Positions 1 through 8,979 are shown, counted from the first letter of the stretch. The stretch is DNA of 43,524 bases from Candidatus Heimdallarchaeota archaeon (GCA_016840095.1 JAEOSZ010000047.1:1-43524); one strand, 5' to 3'. Notes: generated from the sequence alone by a model not told the origin. Translations and numbers: made by a program.

Positions 1-1
1 A

Positions 2-430
2 GTACCTTTCATTAGTAAAGGCAGAGTTGTTTATTCCTATAGTTTTGTTGAAGATGTTATTGAAACTTTGATAAAAATGGAAGAAAGCGACAAATCAAAT
101 GGGGAAATTTTCAATCATAATAGTTATCTGATTGAAAGAAGAGAACTGTTTGAAACAGCTGCAAAAATATGTAAAGTAGAACTAAAGACTTTCAATCTCA
201 ATTATAGTATAGCAATGATAATTGGTTTCTTTGGAGAATTACAATGGAAACTTCTCAAGAAAAGACCTTTGTTAGATAGATATCGAGTAAAACAAATGGG
301 TAAGCCAAGAATGTTAAGCAATAAGAAAATAGAAGAATTATTAGAAATTACTCCAAAAAAATCGTTCGAAGAAGCATTAAGAGAGACCTATTCCTGGTAT
401 TTGAAAAACAAAAGAGAACAAGAAAGATGA
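2..430 (+). CDS. NAD-dependent epimerase/dehydratase (extended SDR), C-terminal part; 5'-truncated by window edge
   Basis: Frame is open from base 2 (VPFISKGRVVYSYSFVEDVIETL...GEIFN...LSNKKIEELL..TPKKSFEEALRETYSWY), matching the typical C-terminal pattern of extended SDRs. Confidence 0.75.
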   Translation, partial: VPFISKGRVVYSYSFVEDVIETLIKMEESDKSNGEIFNHNSYLIERRELFETAAKICKVELKTFNLNYSIAMIIGFFGELQWKLLKKRPLLDRYRVKQMGKPRMLSNKKIEELLEITPKKSFEEALRETYSWYLKNKREQER

Positions 431-444
431 TTTCTTGTTCGAGA

Positions 445-1221
445 TTAATTAATTTTAAATTTAGTTGTTTCAAAATAATTCAGATGTACTAATTCACATC
501 CACAATTTTCTACTGCTGTTCCAAAATCATTAATGAAAGTAATATCTGCTCCTTCAGCATAATGAATAGGTACGAAATAAGATGGATTGATTATATCAAT
601 TGCATTGACAACATCAATTCCAGTCATAGTTTGACATCCTGGTCCTAATGGCAAAAGGGCAACATCTACTATTCCATCTAATTGTGAATACTCAGGTATA
701 TTGCCTGAATCTCCAGCATGGAAGAAAGTAAATCCATCGATGTCAATGAGATAACTTGTATAGTTACTTTCTGGAGGGTGACTGGGATCATATCCTTCAG
801 GTGCGAAGGTATACATGTAAAAACATTCAACTGAGATAGGTCCTATATTGAAAGTATCACCCGGCTTAACTCCTGTTCCGTTGAACCAAGAGATGTAGGA
901 GGTTATTATTTCAGGAAAGAAGAATTGTGTATCTTCTTTCGCTATAAGATTTAAAGCTACAGAAGAGCAATGATCCCCATGATCGTGAGTGATAAGAACA
1001 GCATCTGCTGGATAATCACTTTGATTACTAGGTAATTGATAAGGATCTATGTAAATTCTCAAACCTTTAGCTTCTATCATGACTCCCGCATTGTACAGAA
1101 GTGTGAATTTGATGGTATTATTCTGGTTCACTACAATAGTTGTTGGAACAACCACAGCTGTTGCAGTTACAACTGAACTAGCAACAATAATCAAAATTAT
1201 TGCATTCTTAGAAAGTGCCAT
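445..1221 (-). CDS. MBL-fold metallo-hydrolase (UlaG-like) with N-terminal signal/membrane anchor
   Basis: IYIDPY, THDHGDH (HxHxDH), FFHAGDS and VPIHY motifs; hydrophobic N-terminus. Confidence 0.88.
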   Translation of the reverse strand: MALSKNAIILIIVASSVVTATAVVVPTTIVVNQNNTIKFTLLYNAGVMIEAKGLRIYIDPYQLPSNQSDYPADAVLITHDHGDHCSSVALNLIAKEDTQFFFPEIITSYISWFNGTGVKPGDTFNIGPISVECFYMYTFAPEGYDPSHPPESNYTSYLIDIDGFTFFHAGDSGNIPEYSQLDGIVDVALLPLGPGCQTMTGIDVVNAIDIINPSYFVPIHYAEGADITFINDFGTAVENCGCELVHLNYFETTKFKIN

Positions 1222-1314
1222 AATATCTAGTCGGTGGTTGAGACACTTATATCTCTTACATCAAAAAATTAACATGAAAAATCTTGGGGTTTTTATATTG
1301 AACTTTTAGACTCT

Positions 1315-1770
1315 TTGTCGAAAGTAATCATGCTTAATCTCGAGAAACAAGAAACAAAACAGCCAAAATTTCTTTCATTATTTGATTTTGAATATCAGGA
1401 GTTAGTAAATGTAGGGTTAGATCTAATTCAAGAAGGAGAAATAGATTCAGCAATACTGTTTTTTCAAGAGCTTTCACTCTCTTCACCACATTCTTCTCTC
1501 TCCTATTTCTATCTTGGAAATTTACATTCAATAAAAGATGATCTTGACATTGCAGTGGGGTATTATTCTCTTGCATATGAAGTCAATGACAATCCACTTC
1601 TAACAGCCAAATTGCCTTGTAAAGTTCTTTCAACATTGGTTTCCATGAATACTATGGATAAAGAATTGCTCTCTCTATGGTTGGAAAGAACAAGTGAATT
1701 TCATGATATATATTCCTGTGATGAGCTTCTCATTTGTGATTATGCTCAAAGAATAATTTCATTAAAATAA
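1315..1770 (+). CDS. Tetratricopeptide-repeat protein
   Basis: TPR-like helices (GLDLIQEGEIDSAILFF; SYFYLGNLHSIKDDLDIAVGYYSLA). True start may be the ATG at 1330. Confidence 0.6.
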   Translation: MSKVIMLNLEKQETKQPKFLSLFDFEYQELVNVGLDLIQEGEIDSAILFFQELSLSSPHSSLSYFYLGNLHSIKDDLDIAVGYYSLAYEVNDNPLLTAKLPCKVLSTLVSMNTMDKELLSLWLERTSEFHDIYSCDELLICDYAQRIISLK

Positions 1771-1818
1771 TGTATGAAAAAAACAGCTTATTCGTATTTT
1801 ACTCTATAGTTAATACTA

Positions 1819-3066
1819 TCATGTTTTTGCTTCTTCTTCTGTTTCGTATGTTATCTCACAAATTCTGTGTTTGCTTTTTAGAAGCGAAACTGGAACTTTA
1901 CTTGAATCTCTTATCCATTTTTCACAGGAATTGCAAATTACATCATTTGGATATCTCCAGTAATTGCAGACAACTAGAAATTTTACTTCTTCTTCAGTTT
2001 CTTGAATAAAATGATCTGAAATGAATGGAGCCTTATTGAAAAGCTGAATCAACCTTATCATGGGATCGAAATCATAGTAGAATTGTTCGCCAATATCATC
2101 TTTGATGAAATCCATAGTTTTTTGTCTATCCTCAATTGCCATTTCTCTAATAGTTTGATCCTCTCTATACGACGTAATTTCTCTATTTGAACCTCCCGGA
2201 GCTATTTGGAAGATGCAATCCTTTACGTAACTATATTCTGAAGCGCATCTCATCTCATCACAGATAATAGGTTCATCTAGAATCTTACTGAAAACTGCTT
2301 CCAACATTCCTTCAACAAAAGCGCAAGTCTTTGTAGCAATTACACCCAATGATTCTGTCCAAATTGAGCTATCTAGAGAAACTGTTGCTACTTTTTCTTC
2401 AGGGTCAAAATGAAGAATATTGATGTTTCCCCATCTGGAAATGATTGGAGATTTAACCAAGGCATCCAAATAGGTTCTTAGATTCTCAAATTCCCCTTCA
2501 TAGATTTGAGTCATAACTTGTCTTCCAGCTTCATAACCTATCTTTCCAAGAATTTGAGAAGTGGCATCCTTTGCACCCTCGAATTGTCCATAAAATAATT
2601 CTTGAAAGATATTTATTGCGTTCTCTCTTAAAGAGTTTAAACATGTTTCGACTTCAGGAAAATCATCTAGAACTGGATTAGAATAAGTTATTATAATGAA
2701 CATCTCAGAAAGCATCAACAGCTTACTAATTGTTTTCGACATCTCCTCCTCAAGAGATGAGATAGTAAGATATTCTGTTATAGTGGGATCAAAAATAACA
2801 AATGAAATCATAAATTGTTCAACCCCTCCTCGTGCCATAGGATTTGGAATAGAGAAAAACATACTAGAATATACAACATTTGCCATTGCATTGACTATTG
2901 CTTTCATTTCTTGAAGGAAATTGAAATCCATTAATCTAGTCAATGAGGCTGTAATTCTTGGATCTTGTATCTCAGCTACATTGAATAGTAGTCTGGGACC
3001 CAACCTCTGATCAAAATGAAATAACATCACATTGATCCTGTTTCTCAAATCTACTCTTTCAGTCAT
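1819..3066 (-). CDS. uDENN/longin (folliculin/SMCR8-like) - V4R domain fusion protein with Cys-rich C-terminal domain
   Basis: N-terminal MLFHFDQRLGP and FSIPNPMARGGVEQFMISF motifs. Central V4R pattern LGKIGYEAG...WG...C(AFVEG)...E.RC...C.F. Confidence 0.7.
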   Translation of the reverse strand: MTERVDLRNRINVMLFHFDQRLGPRLLFNVAEIQDPRITASLTRLMDFNFLQEMKAIVNAMANVVYSSMFFSIPNPMARGGVEQFMISFVIFDPTITEYLTISSLEEEMSKTISKLLMLSEMFIIITYSNPVLDDFPEVETCLNSLRENAINIFQELFYGQFEGAKDATSQILGKIGYEAGRQVMTQIYEGEFENLRTYLDALVKSPIISRWGNINILHFDPEEKVATVSLDSSIWTESLGVIATKTCAFVEGMLEAVFSKILDEPIICDEMRCASEYSYVKDCIFQIAPGGSNREITSYREDQTIREMAIEDRQKTMDFIKDDIGEQFYYDFDPMIRLIQLFNKAPFISDHFIQETEEEVKFLVVCNYWRYPNDVICNSCEKWIRDSSKVPVSLLKSKHRICEITYETEEEAKT

Positions 3067-4123
3067 CTGTTATCATCTTTTTTGAGGCATAAATATATGC
3101 TAAACTAAACGAGGGATTTATTTCAGCAGTTTTGATTATATCTGATGCTTTACTTATATCCTTGTATTCATTCTTCTCCATAAGATATTGGTAAAGTATG
3201 TTGGATCCAATACCTGTGATTATTATTTTATCTAGTTGATATTCTTCCATTTTTTTCTTTATGAGTCTGTTTATCTTTTCTAGCATTCTTACTTTAAGTA
3301 AATATGCTATTTTGATTAAATCTTGCTCATGAAAACAATCATCAACAATACAGAACATGCTTTTTATCCTGTTTAAAGCATCTTCTTTGAATTTAGCCTT
3401 TTTATCAGGAGTATTAGTAATATAGTCTGATGGTTGAATATCTTCAGTTACAAGAAAAACATCAGCTGTAATAGCATGGGTTTCAAATGGAAGATTATAT
3501 GTCTCTCCGTTGTATTCAAAGTTAGGTTGAATGAAAGCTGCATTTGTTTCCATTAATCCGTAGAAAATTAGCTCATCATTCTTCATCCTTTCATGATCTG
3601 ATTTTGAATTTGAGAGAATCTCTCCCTCTCGAATAGGAATAAAACTAGTAGTTCTTGTTGAAAAATCAACTACTAAACCTTCATGTTTTGTCATTTTCCA
3701 TAAGCCTTTACCCAATGCTTTCCAACCTACAGAAACAACTTGTGATGGGTTTTCTAATGCTTGTTTAATTGTAACAAATTCACCATCATGTGTATAGAGA
3801 ACTATATTTGCAGGATGTATGAAATTTGTAACAGAGTTGATGATAAATTCTATTGTTTCTTTTGCAGATGCAAAGAGAGGACTGGTTGTAGTCAAAATAA
3901 ATTTGCGAATATTGTAATCAGCATAAGATCGTAAAATAGTCTTTAGTTCTCCTTCAAGTTCTTGTCTTCTAGTTCTTAAGGGTAGGTAAATCCTTTGAGA
4001 ATGAAACGGTTCTTCTGGATGAGAAGGATCAACTATAACTATCTTAAGAGATGTAACTCCAAAATCCAGTACTGCGATATTTTTTTTGTTTACATTAAAG
4101 CTAGTTGTTTGGTTAGTTGCCAT
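3059..4123 (-). CDS. Hydantoinase/oxoprolinase-family ASKHA protein (MfnF / H4MPT-linked C1-pathway-like), motif-degenerate
   Basis: Ordered motifs DFGVTSLK, YLPL, VVDFSTRTTSFIPI, D.ERM...EL.F.G, E..AITADV, TPD, ITGIGS. Overlaps the next gene by 8 bp (ATGACTGA). Confidence 0.75.
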   Translation of the reverse strand: MATNQTTSFNVNKKNIAVLDFGVTSLKIVIVDPSHPEEPFHSQRIYLPLRTRRQELEGELKTILRSYADYNIRKFILTTTSPLFASAKETIEFIINSVTNFIHPANIVLYTHDGEFVTIKQALENPSQVVSVGWKALGKGLWKMTKHEGLVVDFSTRTTSFIPIREGEILSNSKSDHERMKNDELIFYGLMETNAAFIQPNFEYNGETYNLPFETHAITADVFLVTEDIQPSDYITNTPDKKAKFKEDALNRIKSMFCIVDDCFHEQDLIKIAYLLKVRMLEKINRLIKKKMEEYQLDKIIITGIGSNILYQYLMEKNEYKDISKASDIIKTAEINPSFSLAYIYASKKMITDD

Positions 4124-4170
4124 CTATTTACAATCTATGATTTTCATTAATAAAAGCTAGGTTATTCTTC

Positions 4171-4827
4171 TCAACGTCTTTTCCTAAATCCAGCCCCTTC
4201 TGGCTCTTCATCAAAATCCTCTAACTTCTTGAGTTTCTTTGATTTAGCTAGTTCCTTTTCTTTCTTAGCTAACTCTGGAAATTCTTCCATTATGTTGGTA
4301 GTAAATTTTGCTTTTGGATGCATATGTCTTATATAAAGACAAATTTCTGATAAATCTTCATTAGAAATAAATTCACCGAAGAAGAACTCTTTTCCATCCC
4401 TGAGCTGGACTACTAGCATAGCTTTATTTTTGTACTTTTTCCACATATCTAAAGATAATTTTCTTGGAATTCTAGAGAGTCCATATCTTCTTAGTTCTTT
4501 GATTCGTATGGTCCCTTTCTTCGTTGCATATCCTGTCATCAGAAGAGGTGTTGAGCGATAGTGGATTTCAGTACCTTCAATCTTGATGAAATCCTTTGTA
4601 TAGGTTAATTCTCTATATGTTCTATTGCCAAAAATCAGAACAGGAAGTAAAGTTACTGCTGCAACTATCAAAGTTGTAGTTAAATCTATATCTTCATCTG
4701 GAGAGAGGAACACAAAAACTACAAAACTAGTTATCATAACCATACTGAAAAGAAGATTAAGAATAAAGTCCTTCCAACCAAATCTGGTTGCATTCTTAAC
4801 TAGAGTTACATCGTTTTCTTCACTCAT
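4171..4827 (-). CDS. Membrane protein, 2 TM helices plus PH-like beta domain and charged tail
   Basis: Two hydrophobic segments followed by beta-rich region (FIKIEGTEIHYR...IRIKEL...MLVVQLRDGKEFFF) and a terminal helix, as in bacterial-type PH domains. Confidence 0.55.
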   Translation of the reverse strand: MSEENDVTLVKNATRFGWKDFILNLLFSMVMITSFVVFVFLSPDEDIDLTTTLIVAAVTLLPVLIFGNRTYRELTYTKDFIKIEGTEIHYRSTPLLMTGYATKKGTIRIKELRRYGLSRIPRKLSLDMWKKYKNKAMLVVQLRDGKEFFFGEFISNEDLSEICLYIRHMHPKAKFTTNIMEEFPELAKKEKELAKSKKLKKLEDFDEEPEGAGFRKRR

Positions 4828-4833
4828 AATCTT

Positions 4834-5829
4834 CTACCTTTTTCTATATTTCTTAATGGTCTGGGATATAACTTCAATATTTTCATCAGATGCAGTTATT
4901 GGAATTACACATCCTGGTGCAATAACTAATCTATTGTTGTTCTCTTCTGATTTTCTTAGCGATTCAAGAATATTCTTCCTGATATCATCAGGTTTTCCAT
5001 CAACTAATGTTTGTGTTTCATCAATACCGGCAAGCAATCCCTTAGGAAAAATACTTGCAGCTTCATCGATTTCAGGCCATGTTAATTGATCATGCCAATT
5101 CAAAGCATCAACGTCCATTAACTCTGCTGCTTCTTTAAAACGGATATCTTGACCATGAACATGCATTACAATGAATTCAGTTTTTCCTTTAATTTTTGAA
5201 ATAAGTTTCTTAAGAAATGGGATTTCAAATTTGAGAACCTCTTCCCAAGGTAATTCAGTTTTTCTGAAATGCTGGGATGCAAGAAAAAGACCATCAGCAC
5301 CTGCATCTATAGATGATTTTGCAAATTCAATGATATCATTTGTAATAGTAAAAAGAGATTCTCTGATTAACTCTGGCTTTTTACTTATATTAGAAACTAA
5401 ATTGGTATCCATTTTTGAAGCTACCATGAGAGGGGAAAACAAAGTCATCATTTTTGGTAGGCTTTCAAGTTCTTTACTAATTCGTTCAATAGCTTTCAGC
5501 TGCTTTCCTAATTCTCCTTCTCCAGAATCCACTGATTCAACAGTTTCCCAGTCATCTACTGAGGTTATACAACACTTATCACATCTTGTGCTTCCAGTAA
5601 TCGGGTCATAGTCACTTGCTACGATACATCCATAGTCAACAACAGGAAATCTACCATGAGGAGAAATTTTCATTAAATCGAATTCATGTTTTTTGTAGAA
5701 GTCTACGTGAATTTCAGCTAATGCATAAGGATCTCTGTCTATATCTGGGAAATGCTTCCATAAACTGAAAAGAGGTCTTTCTTCATTTTGACCCTTAAAC
5801 GTTTGGAGAAGGAGTTCAAGCTTGTCCAT
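4834..5829 (-). CDS. Uroporphyrinogen decarboxylase (URO-D/MtaA-like) family protein
   Basis: LWKHFP, FDLMKI, TLFSP, AGADGLFLA, MHVHG, LNW, GGID-like (AGID) and IAPGC motifs. Lacks the HemE RQAGR motif. Confidence 0.85.
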   Translation of the reverse strand: MDKLELLLQTFKGQNEERPLFSLWKHFPDIDRDPYALAEIHVDFYKKHEFDLMKISPHGRFPVVDYGCIVASDYDPITGSTRCDKCCITSVDDWETVESVDSGEGELGKQLKAIERISKELESLPKMMTLFSPLMVASKMDTNLVSNISKKPELIRESLFTITNDIIEFAKSSIDAGADGLFLASQHFRKTELPWEEVLKFEIPFLKKLISKIKGKTEFIVMHVHGQDIRFKEAAELMDVDALNWHDQLTWPEIDEAASIFPKGLLAGIDETQTLVDGKPDDIRKNILESLRKSEENNNRLVIAPGCVIPITASDENIEVISQTIKKYRKR

Positions 5830-5933
5830 AAAGGAACTTATATGAGATTATTATCAATATTGTGGTTTTTGATAACAAAAACCTTTCAATCGAATAACTT
5901 AAAAGTCAACACATAATCGCAAAAACGAGAGAA

Positions 5934-6236
5934 ATGTCTACACGTGAAAGGAAAGTAGTCAGAAAGAAGAAAAAGTTTGGTCTCGTAGTGGAATTTATTC
6001 CAACAGTACGTGATTTAAACCCTGATGAAGACACTAAGAAGAAAATTGATGCTGAGATTAAGAGAGCTAGGGGAATCACACCTGCTTACCTTGCTGATAA
6101 ATTCAATATCAGAGTAAGTACAGCAAAGAAATTTTTGCGTGAAGCTGAGGAAAATAAAATTGTTGAACAAGTTGTTTCTTCAAGAAGAACAAAGGTTTAT
6201 TCAGCAACCGCAGCTAAAGCTGCAGAAAGTAGTTAA
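5934..6236 (+). CDS. rps25e: Small-subunit ribosomal protein eS25
   Basis: Basic N-terminus plus winged helix ITPAYLADKFNIRVSTAKKFLRE...VY. Confidence 0.88.
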   Translation: MSTRERKVVRKKKKFGLVVEFIPTVRDLNPDEDTKKKIDAEIKRARGITPAYLADKFNIRVSTAKKFLREAEENKIVEQVVSSRRTKVYSATAAKAAESS

Positions 6237-6301
6237 AATCCCCCTTCTATTTTAGATCTCTTTTAATTGTCTGTTGCTCTTTTATCAATTCTATGGATAA
6301 A

Positions 6302-7249
6302 TCACGTGTAAAAATCGGATGAAAATGGTGCATCTGTAAGACCACTTTCAGTTACATAGAACAAAGCTTCTCTTTCAGGCATTCTAGAACTATCAAACAA
6401 TCTTGCTATTCGTGAACTTCCTCTTGATTTTCTCACGAAAATTCTTTGTTGAGGTCTGTGTGCCCATGCGAAACCTAGTGCTGGTTCTTCAGGACTTCCA
6501 AAAAGAAACTCTTCTACGTTTGCTATAATTTGGTTTGTTACAAGAACGGCTAGGTCATATTTAACCGCTAAAGCAACTAGTTCTTCAGCAATCTGCATAA
6601 TTTTTTGTTGTCTTTCAACTAACCGTTCCTTACCAATATATTCAGATCTGAAGTGAGATGCGAAGGAATCTACTATAAGTAATTTTACGTTTTTCTCTTG
6701 AATGGTTTCTGCTAAAGAATCTACTATACTAAAGAGATGATGTGTGTTCACAGCTGAACTTATGTATATATTCTCTAATATGCTTTCAACATCTAATCCT
6801 CTAGAGGTTGCCATTTCAATAATTCTCTTAGGAGAAAAGGTTCTTTCTGTATCAATGAAAAAGGCAGTGCCATCTAATCCTCCTTCATCGAAAGGAAGTT
6901 GAACATTGATGCATAATTGAAAACATAGTTGTGTTTTTCCTGAACCAAATCCACCAGCAACTTCTGTAAGTTCCTGTGTCCATATACCTCCTCCCAAAAT
7001 TCCGTCAAACTCTGTAGAGGAGGTTGTAATCTTTCCTCGCTTTCGTTCAGATTCTAGAAACTGCAAAGCTGTAACTGGTTGGATACCTAACTCATTCTGT
7101 GCAGCAGAAAGAAGTTTCTTTGCATCTTTCTCGCTTATCTTAATCATGTCAATTAATTCGGTAACTGTTGATACAGCGATATTTTCTAAAGTTAACTCTG
7201 ATTCCTCTATTTTTTGAAGAATTTCTTTATCAATCCCTTTGAGTTCCAT
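6302..7249 (-). CDS. radA: RadA/Rad51-family recombinase (probably a RadA paralog)
   Basis: N-terminal HhH-like domain, Walker A GGFGSGKT, IDTE, Walker B LLIVDS, HFRSEY, TNQ, RIARLFDS. Confidence 0.85.
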   Translation of the reverse strand: MELKGIDKEILQKIEESELTLENIAVSTVTELIDMIKISEKDAKKLLSAAQNELGIQPVTALQFLESERKRGKITTSSTEFDGILGGGIWTQELTEVAGGFGSGKTQLCFQLCINVQLPFDEGGLDGTAFFIDTERTFSPKRIIEMATSRGLDVESILENIYISSAVNTHHLFSIVDSLAETIQEKNVKLLIVDSFASHFRSEYIGKERLVERQQKIMQIAEELVALAVKYDLAVLVTNQIIANVEEFLFGSPEEPALGFAWAHRPQQRIFVRKSRGSSRIARLFDSSRMPEREALFYVTESGLTDAPFSSDFYT

Positions 7250-7427
7250 TTTCTACAAAGATACTATTTTGTTAAAGTTGTTAAGAATTTTGGTCAGAAG
7301 AACATTATTGAAATGTTTGAAAAAACCTAAGCTTTTTAAGCAAAGCTCAAGAGTTTCTAGTAGTTGATTCTGAGGAAAACCTCTCAATCAAGACATTATG
7401 TGTAAAAACCAGGAATGTTGATTAAAA

Positions 7428-8606
7428 ATGAAAGAAGTAGTACCTGAAGTATATTATGTTGGAGTAAATGATCATCTAACAAAGCTTTTTGAAGGACTCT
7501 GGCCTATCCCTGAAGGAGTTAGCTATAACAGTTATGTCGTTAAAAGTGAAAAGACTGCTTTGATTGATACAGTGAAGATTCCATTTGTAGATGAGTTTTT
7601 GAAGAAAGTGGAAGAAGTTACATCCTTTGAAATTGACTACATTATCTTAAATCACATTGAACCAGATCATAGTAGTTCTTTGTTGCGTCTATTAGAAAAG
7701 GTTCCAAATGCCACAATCATGTGCTCGAAAAAAGCTGAAGGGATGATTGAAAGTCTTTATGGAATTACAGAGAATATTCACGTAGTTGAAGAAGGAGAGA
7801 AACTAGATTTAGGTGGAAGAGAATTAACTTTTTACATGGATCCATTGGTTCACTGGCCTGAAACAATGGTTACCTATGATAACAAAGATGGAATTTTGTT
7901 CTCTTGTGATGCTTTTGGTTCTTACAAAGCTCTGGATTTTGGTTTGTTTGATGATGAATGTGATCCAGATATTTTCTACGAAGAAACAATCAGGTACTTC
8001 AGTAATATTGTTGCTAAATATGTTAAATATGTAAAGAAAGCGATGGAAAAACTTGGTGGGTTGGATATCAAAATTATTGCTCCAGCTCATGGTCTTATTT
8101 GGAGAGAAAATCCTCAAAGAATAATTGAATTATACATCCAACTTTCAGATAGAATGGCACTACCTGGTGTAACAATCATCTGGGGTTCAATGTATGGAAA
8201 TACAGCTAAAGTTGTTAACCAAGTGGTAGAAGGAGTCAAAGAAGCAGGTCTTCCTGCAAAAGTGCTAAACTTCTCAAATGATCATCTTAGTTATTTGATT
8301 AAAGAAACTTGGAAATACAAAGGTGTTATTTTAGGTTTTCCAACTTATGATGGTGGACCATTCCTGAATACTTCTTATTATTTACACTTGATAAAGAGAA
8401 AAGATCTCAAAGAACGAATAGTTGGCTTCTTTGGGTCATCTATGTGGAGTGGAAGAGCATTAAAACAGGCAGCTGACATAGTTCAAGAATTAGATTGGGA
8501 CGTCGTAGAGCCGTTATTAGAATGGAAAGGTTCTCCAACAGATGAAATTCTAGAACAAGCAAAGCAGCTAGGAAAAGCTGTTGCTGAAAGAGTAAAATCT
8601 TCATAG
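7428..8606 (+). CDS. fprA: Flavodiiron protein (FprA family A-type flavoprotein; O2/NO reductase)
   Basis: GVSYNSY, HIEPDH, HWPE, SCDAFG, PAHG di-iron motifs; flavodoxin domain SMYGNT. Confidence 0.95.
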   Translation: MKEVVPEVYYVGVNDHLTKLFEGLWPIPEGVSYNSYVVKSEKTALIDTVKIPFVDEFLKKVEEVTSFEIDYIILNHIEPDHSSSLLRLLEKVPNATIMCSKKAEGMIESLYGITENIHVVEEGEKLDLGGRELTFYMDPLVHWPETMVTYDNKDGILFSCDAFGSYKALDFGLFDDECDPDIFYEETIRYFSNIVAKYVKYVKKAMEKLGGLDIKIIAPAHGLIWRENPQRIIELYIQLSDRMALPGVTIIWGSMYGNTAKVVNQVVEGVKEAGLPAKVLNFSNDHLSYLIKETWKYKGVILGFPTYDGGPFLNTSYYLHLIKRKDLKERIVGFFGSSMWSGRALKQAADIVQELDWDVVEPLLEWKGSPTDEILEQAKQLGKAVAERVKSS

Positions 8607-8613
8607 TTATACC

Positions 8614-8636
8614 TCTTTCCTTTTTTCTTATTTTTG
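8614..8636 (+). terminator. Putative oligo-T archaeal terminator of fprA
   Basis: Pyrimidine/T-tract (ctttccttttttcttatttttg) directly after the stop codon. Confidence 0.45.
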
Positions 8637-8743
8637 CATTACAGTAAATTCTCTAATTCTGTCCTTAAAACTGGTTTTAGCTGAAAATTAGTGTTTAGGA
8701 AAAACATTTTTAAAGAATTTAAGAAAAATACTATTGGGGGCAA

Positions 8744-8956
8744 ATGTCGTATACTCCACTTAAAAGAAAGAATGAAGGTGTGCCACTCACAACTGAAGTA
8801 GTTGACATCATAGTTGATGGTATGAATGACAAAAACAAAGAAGTGAGAGAAGCAGCTTATTCCACTTGGGTAGCTATCGTAGAGCTAGAATCTGATAAAG
8901 TAACTGATGATATGCTACAAAGAATTACCAGTGCTCTAAAAACTTATAGAGTATAG
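8744..8956 (+). CDS. Small HEAT-repeat-like protein (possible fragment)
   Basis: IVDGMNDKNKEVREAA fits the HEAT consensus (L.D....VR.AA). Confidence 0.5.
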   Translation: MSYTPLKRKNEGVPLTTEVVDIIVDGMNDKNKEVREAAYSTWVAIVELESDKVTDDMLQRITSALKTYRV

Positions 8957-8979
8957 TTTGAAGTCTTCTTTTCTATATG

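Noticed and set aside
3059-5829. Methanofuran or heme biosynthesis operon (mfnF, hemE)
   Set aside because: The MfnF-like motifs are degenerate, the URO-D-like protein lacks HemE signatures, and no other pathway genes are in the window.
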